Positions 21,571-33,533 are shown, counted from the first letter of the stretch. The stretch: 64,000 nt of DNA from Thermodesulfobacteriota bacterium (GCA_965223335.1 OZ244991.1:512001-576000), one strand, 5' to 3'. Notes: generated by a model not told the origin, from the sequence alone. Translations and numbers: made by a program.

Positions 21571-22851
21571 CTAGACCGATATCTGATCCATCCCACCCAT
21601 ATAAGGCACAAGCACCCCAGGAATCCTGACAGAGCCGTCGGGTTGTTGGCAGTTCTCGAGTATAGCAATTACAGTCCTGCCCACAGCAAGCCCCGAACCG
21701 TTTAAGGTATGTACATACCTTGCTTTACCACCGCCTGAGGGGCGGTAACGTATTGAAGCCCTACGGGCTTGGAAGTCCTCGAAATTGCTGCAGGACGAGA
21801 TCTCCCTGTAGGTATCTTCACTGGGTATCCAAACCTCTATATCGTATGTCTTTGCAGACGAGAACCCCATATCGCCTGTGCTCAGCACCATTACCCTGTA
21901 CGGGAGCTCCAAGAGGTCAAGCACGCGTGCTGCATTGTTTGTGAGCGACTCGAGCTCATCGTATGAATTCTCTGGGATAGACAACTTGACTAATTCGACC
22001 TTATTGAACTGGTGCTGCCGCATTATTCCCCTCACATCCTTTCCGTATGAGCCGGCCTCACTCCTAAAACAGGGTGTGTACGCCACATATCTCTTTGTGA
22101 GCTCCTCTTGGGCCAGGATCTCGTCACGATGTATATTTGTCACCGGCACCTCAGCAGTAGGTATGAGGTAGTAGTCGGTGCCCTCGAGCTTAAACAGGTC
22201 CTCTTCAAATTTCGGCAGGTTCCCGGTCCCGATAAAACTATCGCTATTAGCAACAAACGGAGGCAGCACCTCAACGTAGCTGTGCTCTTTGGTATGGAGA
22301 TCAAGCATAAAGTTTATAAGAGCTCTCTCTAACCGTGCCCCCACACCTTTGTACAAGGCAAACCGTGCCCCGGTAATTTTAGCAGCACGGTCAAGGTCGA
22401 GTATATCGAGTGCGGTGCCGAGCTCGACATGATCCTTGGGTTCAAAATCAAACACTCTGGGATCTCCCGATCTCCTAATCTCTTGGTTAGAGCTCTCATC
22501 ACTCCCCACGGGGACTGAGTCATTGGGAATGTTGGGTACGGTGAGTAAAAAATCCCGATATGCGCTCTCAATTGTTTTTCTCTCCTCACCCAGCACCTTT
22601 ACTTTTTCAGAAATCTCTCTCATCTCGGCCTGGAGCCGGGAGGCTTGTTCATCCTCACCTGCCCTTTTTAGCTCGCCTACTTTCTTTGAGCCCTCATTTC
22701 TTTTGCGCTCCAAATTCTCTACTTCGGCAATAATGCTACGCCTCTTTTGATTAAGATTATCAAACAAGTCGAAGTCGATCTCTGCACCGCGTTGGGCCAT
22801 TTTCGTTTTCACTTTCTCAAGCTCTTGCTCTATTCTCTTCGGATCTATCAT
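21571..22851 (-). CDS. serS: Serine--tRNA ligase
   Basis: [38 protein letters not shown]. Confidence 0.97.
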   Translation of the reverse strand: MIDPKRIEQELEKVKTKMAQRGAEIDFDLFDNLNQKRRSIIAEVENLERKRNEGSKKVGELKRAGEDEQASRLQAEMREISEKVKVLGEERKTIESAYRDFLLTVPNIPNDSVPVGSDESSNQEIRRSGDPRVFDFEPKDHVELGTALDILDLDRAAKITGARFALYKGVGARLERALINFMLDLHTKEHSYVEVLPPFVANSDSFIGTGNLPKFEEDLFKLEGTDYYLIPTAEVPVTNIHRDEILAQEELTKRYVAYTPCFRSEAGSYGKDVRGIMRQHQFNKVELVKLSIPENSYDELESLTNNAARVLDLLELPYRVMVLSTGDMGFSSAKTYDIEVWIPSEDTYREISSCSNFEDFQARRASIRYRPSGGGKARYVHTLNGSGLAVGRTVIAILENCQQPDGSVRIPGVLVPYMGGMDQISV

Positions 22852-22853
22852 TT

Positions 22854-24293
22854 TTATCCCTTAATAACTCCAATCGGTCTTAGTTTTGCTACCTTCTTTG
22901 CTATTCCGGCGTTATGTACGATATCACAAACATCCTCTGCATGTTTGTAGGCATAGGGCATCTCCTCAGCCAATGTCTTCTTGCCGCGTGCAACCACCTT
23001 AACACCCATTTTTTCCATCTCCCCAAACAGGTCTCTCCCCTTTCCCTCCTTAAGTGCTTTATGCCTAGACATGAGTCTCCCGGCACCATGACAACATGTA
23101 CCGAAGGTTTCATCCAAAGCCGCCTCCGTGCCCACCATCACATAAGACACCCTACCCATATCGCCCGGGATAAACACCGGTTGCCCCACGTCTCTATACA
23201 TTTTTGGGACCAGTTTATGGCCCTTGGGAAATGCACGGGTGGCCCCTTTACGATGAACGCAGACCTCTTTCATTCTTCCATCTATATTGTGTTTTTCAAA
23301 TTTTGCAATGTTATGACTTACATCGTAGACCAGGTGTGTGCCCAGATTATCGGGACTGATACCGTAGATTCTGCTAATGGATTCCCTGGCCCTGTGCATT
23401 ATTACCTGGCGGTTGTTCCATGCATAGTTCACCGCAGCCGAAAAGGCCGAGAGGTACTCTTTTCCCTCTTTGGACCTTATGTGAGCACAGGCGAGTTGCT
23501 TGTCGGGCAGGACCATCCCCTCACGCCTCATATACTCCAACATCCGCTCTATATAGTCGGTGCATACCTGGTGGCCAAACCCCCTAGACCCCGAGTGTAT
23601 AAGCACACAAACCTGCCCCTCACGGATACCGAACGCCCGTGCCACCTCTTCGTCGTGAACATTATCTACAACGTCAATTTCAAGAAAATGGTTCCCGGAG
23701 CCAAGTGTGCCCAGTTGCTTCTTTCCCCTCTTGAGCGCTCTTTGGCTAAGCGTGTTTAGATCTGCCCCGGGCATGGTACCCCTGTCTTCTATAGTTTCCA
23801 GGTCTGTATCATAACCAAACCCGTTCTCAACAGCCCACCCTGCTCCATTGGAAAAAATACGTTTGTAGTCGTCTCTAGACAACTTAATCTGCCCCTCAAC
23901 CCCGGGCCCACAGGGAATGGTTCTATACAGATCCTGTAGCAACTCACCCAGGCGCACACGTACCTCGTTCTCTGTCATATCGGTGGACATCAACCTTACC
24001 CCGCAGTTGATGTCATATCCCACTCCACCTGGCGAGATCACCCCCGACTCAACATCAAACGCCGCCACACCCCCGATCGGGAAACCATAGCCCCAATGCA
24101 CATCGGGCATTGCGATGGAGTATTTCTGGATACCGGGGAGATGCGCTACGTTAACGACCTGCTCAAGGGCTTTGTCCTCTCTTATGCTTTTTAGCATGAG
24201 GCTATCGGCATATACCCTGCCCGGCACCAGCATCCCGCCGTGGGGGGGTATCTCCCAAAGCCTCTCGTGGATTTTCACCAGATTCATGGCCAT
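22854..24293 (-). CDS. rtcB: RtcB RNA ligase (3'-phosphate/5'-OH)
   Basis: [45 protein letters not shown]. Confidence 0.96.
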   Translation of the reverse strand: MAMNLVKIHERLWEIPPHGGMLVPGRVYADSLMLKSIREDKALEQVVNVAHLPGIQKYSIAMPDVHWGYGFPIGGVAAFDVESGVISPGGVGYDINCGVRLMSTDMTENEVRVRLGELLQDLYRTIPCGPGVEGQIKLSRDDYKRIFSNGAGWAVENGFGYDTDLETIEDRGTMPGADLNTLSQRALKRGKKQLGTLGSGNHFLEIDVVDNVHDEEVARAFGIREGQVCVLIHSGSRGFGHQVCTDYIERMLEYMRREGMVLPDKQLACAHIRSKEGKEYLSAFSAAVNYAWNNRQVIMHRARESISRIYGISPDNLGTHLVYDVSHNIAKFEKHNIDGRMKEVCVHRKGATRAFPKGHKLVPKMYRDVGQPVFIPGDMGRVSYVMVGTEAALDETFGTCCHGAGRLMSRHKALKEGKGRDLFGEMEKMGVKVVARGKKTLAEEMPYAYKHAEDVCDIVHNAGIAKKVAKLRPIGVIKG

Positions 24294-24330
24294 ATATAAA
24301 TCTATTTATTTCAATTCTTTAGTCCCTGCT

Positions 24331-24744
24331 TCATACATCAAACACTATATCCACCACCAATCTGTCCCCGGATCTTGATATGTTCATATTGTGATATGTC
24401 ACGGCTTTGATATCGAGGTTGATCTCGTGTTTATTCGAATCAAAAGCCTCACCCCTACATATTACACTAATATCAGTCTCACTCTTAATCTCTACCTCCG
24501 CGTCCGAGAATATAATCCTCTCGGTCTCAAACAAAAATAGAATTTCGTTCAATAGTCTCACCAGCTTTATCTCGTCTGTTTCCCCGGTAATTGTAATAAG
24601 TCGGACCTCATGACAATCGACCTTGCTCCTCTCGGTCATTAGTTCCAACATAGCATTAGCCGCATTTTGAAGCAGTTGCTCTAAGGTATCCCCAAACACA
24701 CGTATCCTCAGATCGGCGGTATGTTCTAATACACAAAATTCCAT
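24331..24744 (-). CDS. Archease (RtcB activator)
   Basis: EHTAD at the N-terminus, IKAVTYH and terminal DV; adjacent to rtcB. Confidence 0.93.
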   Translation of the reverse strand: MEFCVLEHTADLRIRVFGDTLEQLLQNAANAMLELMTERSKVDCHEVRLITITGETDEIKLVRLLNEILFLFETERIIFSDAEVEIKSETDISVICRGEAFDSNKHEINLDIKAVTYHNMNISRSGDRLVVDIVFDV

Positions 24745-24924
24745 TAGCAGATCCCCATCATTCAGCCCCGTATTATTTAGGCAATATAGATATTTACCAT
24801 CCCATGATCACCCATACTTTTAGATGAGTATAATCAATAACAGTCCAAAGAAGCAAAAACAGCCAAACAGTTGGAAAAAGTACAATAACAAAAATGAGAC
24901 TTGGAACATGAATATTGACAATGA

Positions 24925-24971
24925 GCGACAAAATTTGTCGCCTATATCGATCAATTACAAAATATTGTCGC
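24925..24971. promoter_or_regulatory. Putative enhancer-binding-protein sites
   Basis: Palindrome GCGACA-AAATT-TGTCGC (24925-24941) and a second TTGTCGC half-site 30 bp later, 60-110 bp upstream of a sigma54 motif. Confidence 0.5.
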
Positions 24972-25031
24972 AACTTTAAGCAATAGCATTTGTAACTGTC
25001 TGTTATCACTGCCTAATATATTATCATCGCA

Positions 25032-25047
25032 TGGCATATATATTGCT
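25032..25047 (+). promoter_or_regulatory. Sigma54 (-24/-12) promoter of the subtilase gene
   Basis: TGGCATATATATTGCT: GG-N10-GC with TGGCA and TTGC, about 80 bp before the ATG. Confidence 0.7.
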
Positions 25048-25123
25048 AAATATGTATCTTAACAACAATTATGTGACAAATATCAACAAGAAAAGATAAT
25101 AAAACACCTTTTGGAGGGTAAAG

Positions 25124-27379
25124 ATGATGGGTCTTTATGTTAACAAAAGTTTTCAAATTACAATAGCGTTTCTCATGCTATTGCTTATTTCAGCAGGTTA
25201 TTCCAATTCCCAGACACAAGACGACTATGTAGAGGACGAATTAATAATCAAGGTACGTCCGTCGGCTGACAGAGCTGATGTCGAAGAAATCTTGGATAGA
25301 GAAAACCTTGAAGAAGAGAAGGATTTCGAGGAACTCGATATAATCGTTGTTACAGTTGAAGAGGGGGAGTCACTTGAGGACAAGATAGACGAACTGCTAG
25401 ATGACCCCGATGTCGAATATGTAGAGAGAAACTATATTGTTTACGCGTCCGCGACACCCAATGACAGATACCTAACCTATCAGAACTACTTAAGTGTTAT
25501 TGATGCATTTGAGGCCTGGGACACCGAGATCGGAAGCTCGGACGTGGTAATCGCTGTTGCCGATACGGGTGTGGACAGCGGACACCAGGACCTAAGCGGC
25601 AAAGTACTCTCGGGGTGTAATGTGCTCAGTAGCTTTACAAATGAGAACTGCAGCAGTAATACCAGTGATGTGCACGGTCACGGAACGGGTGTGGCAGGTA
25701 CTGCTGCATCAAAAACCAACAACAGCCTCGGAGTAGCCGGGCTATGTTGGGGCTGCTCGATTCTGCCGATTAAAGTGCTCGGAGACAACGGATCCGGTTC
25801 GAACACTGATGTCATAGAAGGCATACTATTTGCTCGTGATTACGCATTGGCCAACCCGCACCAGAAAGTTGTCCTTAACCTAAGTCTTGGCCGTACTTGT
25901 ACATCGGGCCCGACACAGAGCGAGCAGAATGCAATCAACCTAGCATGGGCAAGTGGAGTGCTTGTGGTGGCAGCCGCGGGTAATGACGGAGATAGCCTGC
26001 CGCACTGCCCCGCATCGGCTAACAATGTAATAGCCGTATCGGCCACAACAAATTCAGACACACTGGCTTCGTTCTCTAATTTCGGCAACTATATCGATGT
26101 TGCGGCGCCGGGTGTAAACATAGCAAACACTTACCCTGGAAACTCTTATGTGTACTGGTCAGGGACCTCGTTCTCCTCGCCTATCGTAGCCGGTATCGCA
26201 GGACTAATCTGGTCAGCTAACCCTACACTGAGCAATTCTCAGGTTGAAGATATATTAAAAGAAGGAGCAGATAACATAGGCTCATCGTTCTATTACGGCA
26301 GCGGTAGAGTAAACGCTAACGCAAGCGTGTTAGCCGCAGGTGAAGGCCCAAGCCCAACACCCGCACCCACACCGGTACCGACCCCGACTCCTACCCCTGC
26401 TCCGACTCCGGCACCTACACCAGCTCCCACACCCTCACCATCTCCTGGCCCCACACCGGCTCCGACTCCTACACCGGCACCCCCGCAAGGCGGCAATACT
26501 ACCCTACATCCATTGAGTCCAGGCACGGCCGGCAGCGTAAGCACGCTTTCCGTTACAGGTGCCACACCAGGGGCTGTAGTTACATTTAAATACTCCGTTG
26601 CTACTGGCACCTATCAAATTACAAGCGGTGCATGCGCAGGCGAATCGTTCGATATTAGAAGCCCAGTAACAATCGGCAGTGATGTCGCCGATGAAAGCGG
26701 AACCGCTGCTATAGATATATCATTGTCATCGAATCTAAACGGTTTCACACTACATATGCAGGCACAGGTAGTTGAGGGATCGAACTGCGAGATAACCAAT
26801 CGCGTCACACAAACAATCGGTACTACACCGACACCGACTCCGGCTCCTACTCCTGCTCCGACTCCAGCACCTACTCCTGCTCCGACTCCAGCACCTACTC
26901 CTGCTCCGACTCCGGCACCTACTCCTGCTCCGACTCCGGCACCTACTCCTACTCCGACTCCGGCACCGACTCCTGCTCCGACTCCGGCACCGACTCCTGC
27001 TCCGACTCCGGCACCTACTCCTACTCCCACACCTCCACCTAACCCCGGCGGAGACCCGGTATTTGAACAGATAACACCCGGACAAGCAGGTTTTACAAAC
27101 ACACTCAAAGTAACAGGGCTCGTACCGGGATCAGTAGTGAAATTCCACTACTCCCTTAGGACCGGTTCACAGGTTATATATGGCGGAGTATGTGACGGAG
27201 AGACACTCGATCTAAGCGGCTCACGTCAACTAGGTCAAACTACTGCAAATTCTAATGGAGATGCTATAGTCAATGTTTTTGTACCGTCATCCTTTGCGGG
27301 ATACACAATCCACTTCCAGGCGGAAATTGCAGAAAACACAAATTGTATAATCTCAAATGTAGTATCTGAAATTTTTTAG
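25124..27379 (+). CDS. Secreted S8 subtilase with Pro/Thr/Ala linkers and two repeated C-terminal domains
   Basis: Signal peptide, acidic prodomain, catalytic D (VADTG), H (HGHGT), S (GTSFS), oxyanion AAAGN. Confidence 0.92.
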   Translation: MMGLYVNKSFQITIAFLMLLLISAGYSNSQTQDDYVEDELIIKVRPSADRADVEEILDRENLEEEKDFEELDIIVVTVEEGESLEDKIDELLDDPDVEYVERNYIVYASATPNDRYLTYQNYLSVIDAFEAWDTEIGSSDVVIAVADTGVDSGHQDLSGKVLSGCNVLSSFTNENCSSNTSDVHGHGTGVAGTAASKTNNSLGVAGLCWGCSILPIKVLGDNGSGSNTDVIEGILFARDYALANPHQKVVLNLSLGRTCTSGPTQSEQNAINLAWASGVLVVAAAGNDGDSLPHCPASANNVIAVSATTNSDTLASFSNFGNYIDVAAPGVNIANTYPGNSYVYWSGTSFSSPIVAGIAGLIWSANPTLSNSQVEDILKEGADNIGSSFYYGSGRVNANASVLAAGEGPSPTPAPTPVPTPTPTPAPTPAPTPAPTPSPSPGPTPAPTPTPAPPQGGNTTLHPLSPGTAGSVSTLSVTGATPGAVVTFKYSVATGTYQITSGACAGESFDIRSPVTIGSDVADESGTAAIDISLSSNLNGFTLHMQAQVVEGSNCEITNRVTQTIGTTPTPTPAPTPAPTPAPTPAPTPAPTPAPTPAPTPAPTPAPTPTPTPAPTPAPTPAPTPAPTPAPTPTPTPPPNPGGDPVFEQITPGQAGFTNTLKVTGLVPGSVVKFHYSLRTGSQVIYGGVCDGETLDLSGSRQLGQTTANSNGDAIVNVFVPSSFAGYTIHFQAEIAENTNCIISNVVSEIF
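26825..27040 (+). repeat. Coding tandem repeat (about 24-bp unit CCTACTCCTGCTCCGACTCCRGCA) encoding (PTPA)n
   Basis: Near-perfect tandem copies visible directly; a more degenerate copy at about 26350-26480. Confidence 0.9.
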
Positions 27380-27546
27380 TTGATCTATAATTTTGAACAG
27401 TATTCACAGGGGCGCTTTTAATATTAAAACCTTGAAGCGCCCTCCATCATATCTGAGACCATGTATTTCTACATTCCCATAATTATGACAAGCACAGTAT
27501 CCTTGCAACTTGACACTGTTTCTTTTATCAAAATAATATAACTTCA

Positions 27547-28371
27547 ATGAAAGTAATAAAAATATTTTTGATCCCCCTTGCAATCCTCTTATTTACGACC
27601 GGATGCGGCTCTAAAAAAATACCAAAAGACCTAAGTAACGAAGAGCTATACAACATGGCTGTAGAAGAGATCTCAAAGGACAAGGGCGGGTTTCCCTGGG
27701 TATTCAAAGGCAAAGACTACGACAGTATCTTCAAGATGCTAAAAGAGATACAGATACGCTACTCTTTTAGCTCCTATGCGACTCTTGCAGAGCTACGAAC
27801 CGCAGATGCTTACCTGGACCGGGGGGAATACGAACAGGCCGCTATCGAGTACGAAGAATTCATTAAACGCCACCCCGGCCACCCAGAGATCCCCTATGCA
27901 ACATACCAATTGGGCCTATCGTACTACAAACAGATTCTAAGCCCCGACAGAGACCCTACGGCTACACGAGAGGCGCTTAAGTGGTTCACTACCTTTGTTA
28001 ACGACTATCCTTCCTCTCCATTGGTCCCCGAGGCCCAAGAGCGCATAAGAAAATGCAGAAACCGTCTTGCTCGGCGTGAGATATATATAGGCAATTTTTA
28101 TTCCAAGAGAAAGAACCACAAAGCCGCTGCCGACAGATACCAAGTCGTCGTAACTGACTATGGTGACACAAAAAAGTACACCGAAGCACTCTACCTGCTT
28201 AGCCGGGCCTATATACGCGGGGAAGAATTCGGACTGGCCAGATCCACGCTAGACACATTGGCGCAGCAGTCCCCAGAGGATAAGTATCAGAGAAAGGCTC
28301 AGGACCTCTTAAATGAACTAAATAAAAAAGAGTCCGAGTACAAGGCAAAAAGCGATTCTAATCAGGGATGA
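27547..28371 (+). CDS. bamD: Outer membrane assembly lipoprotein BamD
   Basis: Lipobox TTGC, TPR-like helices, FIKRHPGHP, DRDPT, LARREIYIGNFY. Confidence 0.9.
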   Translation: MKVIKIFLIPLAILLFTTGCGSKKIPKDLSNEELYNMAVEEISKDKGGFPWVFKGKDYDSIFKMLKEIQIRYSFSSYATLAELRTADAYLDRGEYEQAAIEYEEFIKRHPGHPEIPYATYQLGLSYYKQILSPDRDPTATREALKWFTTFVNDYPSSPLVPEAQERIRKCRNRLARREIYIGNFYSKRKNHKAAADRYQVVVTDYGDTKKYTEALYLLSRAYIRGEEFGLARSTLDTLAQQSPEDKYQRKAQDLLNELNKKESEYKAKSDSNQG

Positions 28372-28829
28372 GAACCAAAGCCCTTGCCTTACTCCCGATA
28401 TTATTACTAGCTCTCACATCGTGTGCCCCCGATAGCAACCGGAGCATCGAAGACGTGCTCTCACAAAGAAAGGATGCGATGGAGTCAAAGAATCTGGAGC
28501 TTTACCTCAAGTGTATCTCCCCCGACTATAAGGAGCACAAAGACGGAGACACGCTAAATATAGAGGATGTGAAAAAAAAGTTCTTAACCAATGTAACACT
28601 GTTCGACGATATAGATATCGTCCATAAAAACAGGACTATATATGTTAATGGCAACAGTGCCGATGTGGCTCAAAAAACCATAGTCAGGGTAAGGATCAAT
28701 AGAAGTAAGAGTGTGTTTACATTTAACGAACAGATAGGGCTTGCTAAAAACAATGGGAGATGGGAGATAGTTAAAGAGTCCGAGGCTGATTTTTTCGACG
28801 GCTTTGTGTACGGAGGCAAACAGGGCTAA
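28368..28829 (+). CDS. Lipoprotein, NTF2/SnoaL-like fold likely
   Basis: Lipobox LTSC; ISPDY and GRWEIV patterns; ATGA overlap with bamD. Confidence 0.7.
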   Translation: MRTKALALLPILLLALTSCAPDSNRSIEDVLSQRKDAMESKNLELYLKCISPDYKEHKDGDTLNIEDVKKKFLTNVTLFDDIDIVHKNRTIYVNGNSADVAQKTIVRVRINRSKSVFTFNEQIGLAKNNGRWEIVKESEADFFDGFVYGGKQG

Positions 28830-28842
28830 TCCCTATCGGCTC

Positions 28843-29205
28843 CTACATACCGAACTGCTTTTCAACCTTTTCTTGTTCTTCCTTACAACTTATACAGAGT
28901 GTAGTTTCAGGGCGCGCCCGCAACCGATTCTCTGCAATGTCGTCCTCGCAGATTTCACACACGCCGTACGACCCGTCTTCAGTCTTCCTGAGTGCTTTTT
29001 GAATCTTTAATATCAGCTTTCTTTCTCTATCTCTTTTCCTCAATTCAATACTATGGTTCGATTCCGATAAAGCCCTGTCCAGAGGGTCGGGGTACGTACC
29101 GTCACCTTTACTCATCCGTGACACAGTGTCCTCGGCTATACCCAATAATCCGGCCATTTTCTTAACCAACATATTTCGAAACTGCGCTACTTTTTGCGGG
29201 TTCAT
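28843..29205 (-). CDS. dksA: RNA polymerase-binding protein DksA
   Basis: DPLDRA coiled-coil tip; CEIC...RLRARP...CISC zinc finger. Confidence 0.9.
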   Translation of the reverse strand: MNPQKVAQFRNMLVKKMAGLLGIAEDTVSRMSKGDGTYPDPLDRALSESNHSIELRKRDRERKLILKIQKALRKTEDGSYGVCEICEDDIAENRLRARPETTLCISCKEEQEKVEKQFGM

Positions 29206-29342
29206 AACACAAAATTATAGCATTCAACAAAATGTCTGTAAAACCGATGAGGCCGTGGATTGAGCGCACCGGGCCTAAGCCTGGTTGGAGTGTTGACCAA
29301 TGCTTATTATCCACTAAATTATTATTTCTGGAGACAAACTGA

Positions 29343-30215
29343 ATGTTAAAAATGGCGAGAATACGGTTAAATGTGAATGGTGAGGGAGCAGCCCTAATCT
29401 CTGACTTTTTACTAGGCCAAAACGCACAGGGTGTAGCAGAGGACCATAAGGAAGACGGGGTTACCGAGGTCTCGGCCTACTTTTATAGAGACCAGAATCT
29501 GGGTGTGATTATTAAGAGGCTTAAACAGTATATAACATTTATTGAAAGCACTATAGACAATGCCGAGATCGGAGAGATCCGTACGGAACAAATCGACCGA
29601 TCCGGTTGGGCATTATGGAAAAGGGAACTAAAAGCAGTAAGAGCAAGCAATAAGATCATTATTAAACCACCTTGGGAACAATACGAGCCCCAAGACCTTG
29701 AAACGGTAATTGAGATTAATCCCTCGATGGCATTTGGAACCGGCCATCACGCTACGACAAGACTCTGCATACAGTACATAGAGGAGATACTATCCACAAA
29801 CACCGTCGAAAGTGTGCTGGATGTGGGATGCGGAAGCGGGATATTGAGTATCGCTTCGGTTAAGCTCGGGGCTAAAAACGTATTGGGACTGGATACTGAC
29901 CCCATTGCCATTAGAGAAACCATCAGAAACACGACCGTTAACAAGGCACTTGATAAATGTAAGTTCTTCTGCGGTTATCTCGAGAGCGTTAAGGGTTCGT
30001 TTGACCTAATAGTTGCAAATATCTATATTGAACCCTTACTATTGATGGCCCAAGATCTAAAATCCAGATTACGCACCAATGGCCATCTAATAATCTCGGG
30101 GATACCGAACACAAGACGAGACGAACTGGTTAGGGGGCTTTCCAAATCGGGGCTTATTTTAAAAGACGAGAGGACTGACGAGGTTTGGCACGCATTTATA
30201 TATCAACTTAGCTAA
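29343..30215 (+). CDS. prmA: Ribosomal protein L11 methyltransferase
   Basis: PPW, PSMAFGTGHHATT, LDVGCGSGILSI, VANI. Confidence 0.93.
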   Translation: MLKMARIRLNVNGEGAALISDFLLGQNAQGVAEDHKEDGVTEVSAYFYRDQNLGVIIKRLKQYITFIESTIDNAEIGEIRTEQIDRSGWALWKRELKAVRASNKIIIKPPWEQYEPQDLETVIEINPSMAFGTGHHATTRLCIQYIEEILSTNTVESVLDVGCGSGILSIASVKLGAKNVLGLDTDPIAIRETIRNTTVNKALDKCKFFCGYLESVKGSFDLIVANIYIEPLLLMAQDLKSRLRTNGHLIISGIPNTRRDELVRGLSKSGLILKDERTDEVWHAFIYQLS

Positions 30216-30274
30216 GCTCACAATATTATACAGATCAACCGACACACGCATATCTAAGAGAGGTAAAAACTGTT

Positions 30275-31312
30275 ATGTCATCATTTAAGACGATAGAATG
30301 GAAAGACAACAAGGTCATTATGATCGATCAGCGAAAGCTTCCTACTGAAGAGACCTACGTTGAGTATGAGAACTACAAAGATGTCGCGGCGGCAATAAAA
30401 AATATGGTTATAAGAGGTGCACCTGCGATAGGTGTAGCCGCTGCTATGGGCATTGCACTCGGCGCTAACGCGAGTAAAGCAGAGAATATAGAGGATTTTT
30501 ACTCTGAGCTCAACTACATATCCAGCACAATTCTAAACACCAGGCCCACAGCCGTTAACCTCTCGTGGGCCGTAAACAGAATGAACAAGATAACCCAGAA
30601 CCAAAGGCATAAACACATAGATGAGATTAAGATGTTGCTTGTGGACGAAGCCAATAAGATCCTGGATGAAGACATCGAAACCTGTAGGCTGATCGGCAAA
30701 CACGGGGCGGAGCTATTGCAAAACAACTCGGAAGTGCTCACCCACTGCAATGCGGGAGCGCTGGCCACAGGCGGGTACGGCACTGCTCTTGGGGTAATTA
30801 GAGCAGCTACAGAGCATGGCAAAGACCTAAACGTAATTGCTACCGAGACCCGTCCTTTCCTACAGGGTGCAAGACTAACAGCTTGGGAGCTTAGCAAGGA
30901 TCATGTGCCCGTCACCCTTATCACTGATAATATGGTCGGCCACATCATGAGTAAGGGGATGGTAGATGCAGTGGTAGTGGGTGCGGACAGAATTGCCTGT
31001 AACGGTGACGTTGCAAATAAGATAGGTACCTACTCCATCTCCGTATTAGCCAAGTCCCACGGCATCCCATTTTACGTGGCCGCACCAATATCGACCATAG
31101 ATTACAATTGTCCTAGTGGCCGGGATATACCTATAGAGCAGCGAGACCCAAAGGAAGTCACTCACATAGGCCACAAACAAATCGCTGCGGAAGTAAAAGT
31201 ACTCAACCCGGCTTTTGATATTACCCCTCACGATAATATCACTGCGATAATTACAGAGAAGGGTGTGGCAGTGAAGCCCTTTACTGAAAACCTAAAGAGC
31301 TTTTGTCAGTAA
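30275..31312 (+). CDS. mtnA: S-methyl-5-thioribose-1-phosphate isomerase
   Basis: IRGAPAIG, RPTAVNL, THCNAGALAT, ETRPFLQGARLT, NKIGTY. Confidence 0.95.
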   Translation: MSSFKTIEWKDNKVIMIDQRKLPTEETYVEYENYKDVAAAIKNMVIRGAPAIGVAAAMGIALGANASKAENIEDFYSELNYISSTILNTRPTAVNLSWAVNRMNKITQNQRHKHIDEIKMLLVDEANKILDEDIETCRLIGKHGAELLQNNSEVLTHCNAGALATGGYGTALGVIRAATEHGKDLNVIATETRPFLQGARLTAWELSKDHVPVTLITDNMVGHIMSKGMVDAVVVGADRIACNGDVANKIGTYSISVLAKSHGIPFYVAAPISTIDYNCPSGRDIPIEQRDPKEVTHIGHKQIAAEVKVLNPAFDITPHDNITAIITEKGVAVKPFTENLKSFCQ

Positions 31313-31316
31313 CGGT

Positions 31317-31709
31317 TTATTGCCTTTCCAAATCTTCCTGGCACGAAATACACAGCTTTGTAAAAGGCATGGCAATAAGTCTCTCTTTATCGATATTGTC
31401 CTCGCAGGATTCACATATCCCATAGGTACCTACTTCGAGGCGTTTAAGTGCATCGTCCACGCGGGTAAGCTTCTCGCGCTCACGGTCCGCGAGCATTAGT
31501 GCCAGCTCTCTGTCCCTGTCGCTTGATGCGTGGTCATAGAAGTCCCCGATGTCGTGTTTCAAGTGGTCGGATTCAGCTTTGATCGACTCCGTAACATCCT
31601 CTAACAACTCCTTTCGCATAAGCAACAACATGTCTTTGATCTTGTCGCGCCAAGTAGCTCTGGGCTTTTTTTTACCCTTGGTTTTAGTTGTCTTTTTCCC
31701 TGTAGCCAT
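31317..31709 (-). CDS. TraR/DksA family transcription factor (second paralog)
   Basis: DFYDHA tip; CESC...RLIAMP...CISC zinc finger. Confidence 0.88.
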   Translation of the reverse strand: MATGKKTTKTKGKKKPRATWRDKIKDMLLLMRKELLEDVTESIKAESDHLKHDIGDFYDHASSDRDRELALMLADREREKLTRVDDALKRLEVGTYGICESCEDNIDKERLIAMPFTKLCISCQEDLERQ

Positions 31710-31982
31710 ATCAGATGTGAACTCTCCTATATTTGGATATCAACAATTTTGATCCACTTCTATAAGCTTGAGATGTGTCATTTCACACATCCTTCGTTAC
31801 TTACTGCCTTCGTTTAGTCCTCAGACAAGGGAGTATAAAGATTAAGTACATAATGTCGTTTGTCAAGAGCATAATAGAGACGGCTCTATATATAATTAAA
31901 CGTCTATAATATCCGGATATACCCTTATTGCCCTGCTTGCATATATAAATTATTTACTTAAAATATCTTAGCTCTGCACACT

Positions 31983-33533
31983 ATGAGTAACGCAAATAAC
32001 AAAAGAGATCTGTGGGGGACCAGGGCTGGGCTAATCCTGGCGATGGCCGGCAACGCCATAGGTCTCGGCAACTTTCTTAGGTTCCCTGTCCAAGCCGCAG
32101 AAAACGGCGGCGGCGCCTTTATGGTGCCGTATATAATAGCTTTTTTCGTAATCGGGATCCCGATTATGTGGATAGAATGGTCTATGGGCCGCTATGGAGG
32201 ATCCAAGGGGCACGGCACCACCCCCGCAATATTCAACATGTTTTGGAATCATCCCGTATCAAAGATCGTAGGTGTATTCGGTCTATGGATCCCACTTGTG
32301 GTCTCTATCTATTATCTGTATATCGAGTCCTGGACGCTGGGGTACTCGTTGCATTTTCTACTGGGCTCAAGCCCCGATGTTGCGGACGGGGTGAATAACG
32401 CCAGGGACTATTTGAAACCCTTTGAAGGCTTTTTGGGCACATATATAGGGGCTGGGGGCGGTAATTTTTTAACACCGTCTGTGATGGCCTACTGTGCATT
32501 CGGGGCTACCGTAGTAATTAACCTGGTAATTTTGCTTAGAGGAATTTCCAGGGGAATTGAGGTGTTTGCCAAGATAGCGCTGCCGCTTTTGTTTATAATG
32601 GCGATTGTTCTCCTAGTGAGGGTGCTTACAATCGAAACACCCAACGGCACCGCAATCGAGGGGCTAAATTTCCTATGGACCCCCGATTTCGCAGCGCTTA
32701 AAAACCCAAGTGTATGGGTAGCGGCCGCGGGCCAGATATTCTTTACGCTTAGCCTTGGGTTCGGTGCAATTATTACTTATGCCTCATATGTAAAGTACCA
32801 AAACGATATCACGCTTAGCGGCCTTACCTCAGCAACCCTAAACGAAACTGCAGAGCTCGTACTGGGCGGCTCCATTGCAATCCCGGCAGCGGTTGCATTC
32901 TTTGGGATTGCAGGGGCTGTGGAGATAGCAAAATCAGGAGCGTTTAATTTAGGGTTTGTAAGCCTGCCCGCGATTTTTGCCAGTATGCCCGCCGGACAGT
33001 TCCTTGGGTTTCTATGGTTTTTCTTGTTGTTTTTTGCCGGTCTCACATCTTCGATTGCCATTACTCAGCCCGTCGTCTCATTTTTCCAGGACGAGTTCGG
33101 TATCAACCGCACAAAATCCGTATTGTTCACGATGAGCATAATGGTGGTGAGTGTTATCATGGTGATATTTGTAAACAACACGCTTGACGAATGGGATTTC
33201 TGGGCCGGGACCATAGGGCTAATGATCTTTGGGTTGATCGAGCTTGTAATGTTCATGTGGGTATTCGGGGGAACCAAATCGTGGGAAGAGATTAATAGGT
33301 ACGGGATAATTAAGGTGCCGCGGGTTTTCTACTATGTATTAAGATATATAACACCACTATTCTTAATTGTATTAATCGCGTGGTGGGGAGTGGAGAAATT
33401 ACCTGATGTACTAAACAACTCGAATTGGAATATCTTAGCAGCAAGAGTATACTTAGTACTATTATTCATCTTTCTAACAGTCCTTGTGTTTGTATCGGAT
33501 AAAAGGAAGGGAAGACCTAACAATGGAACTTAA
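31983..33533 (+). CDS. Sodium-dependent transporter, NSS/SNF (LeuT-like) family
   Basis: [39 protein letters not shown]. Confidence 0.93.
   Translation: MSNANNKRDLWGTRAGLILAMAGNAIGLGNFLRFPVQAAENGGGAFMVPYIIAFFVIGIPIMWIEWSMGRYGGSKGHGTTPAIFNMFWNHPVSKIVGVFGLWIPLVVSIYYLYIESWTLGYSLHFLLGSSPDVADGVNNARDYLKPFEGFLGTYIGAGGGNFLTPSVMAYCAFGATVVINLVILLRGISRGIEVFAKIALPLLFIMAIVLLVRVLTIETPNGTAIEGLNFLWTPDFAALKNPSVWVAAAGQIFFTLSLGFGAIITYASYVKYQNDITLSGLTSATLNETAELVLGGSIAIPAAVAFFGIAGAVEIAKSGAFNLGFVSLPAIFASMPAGQFLGFLWFFLLFFAGLTSSIAITQPVVSFFQDEFGINRTKSVLFTMSIMVVSVIMVIFVNNTLDEWDFWAGTIGLMIFGLIELVMFMWVFGGTKSWEEINRYGIIKVPRVFYYVLRYITPLFLIVLIAWWGVEKLPDVLNNSNWNILAARVYLVLLFIFLTVLVFVSDKRKGRPNNGT

Noticed and set aside
24794..25009. 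71-aa minus-strand ORF
   Set aside because: Lies over the AT-rich divergent promoter region with no RBS; better explained as regulatory DNA.
26825..27040. CRISPR-like array
   Set aside because: The repeats abut without unique spacers and encode the in-frame PT/PA linker.
26293..27108. Minus-strand ORFs with GVGA or RS repeats
   Set aside because: Antisense shadows of the subtilase linker repeats.
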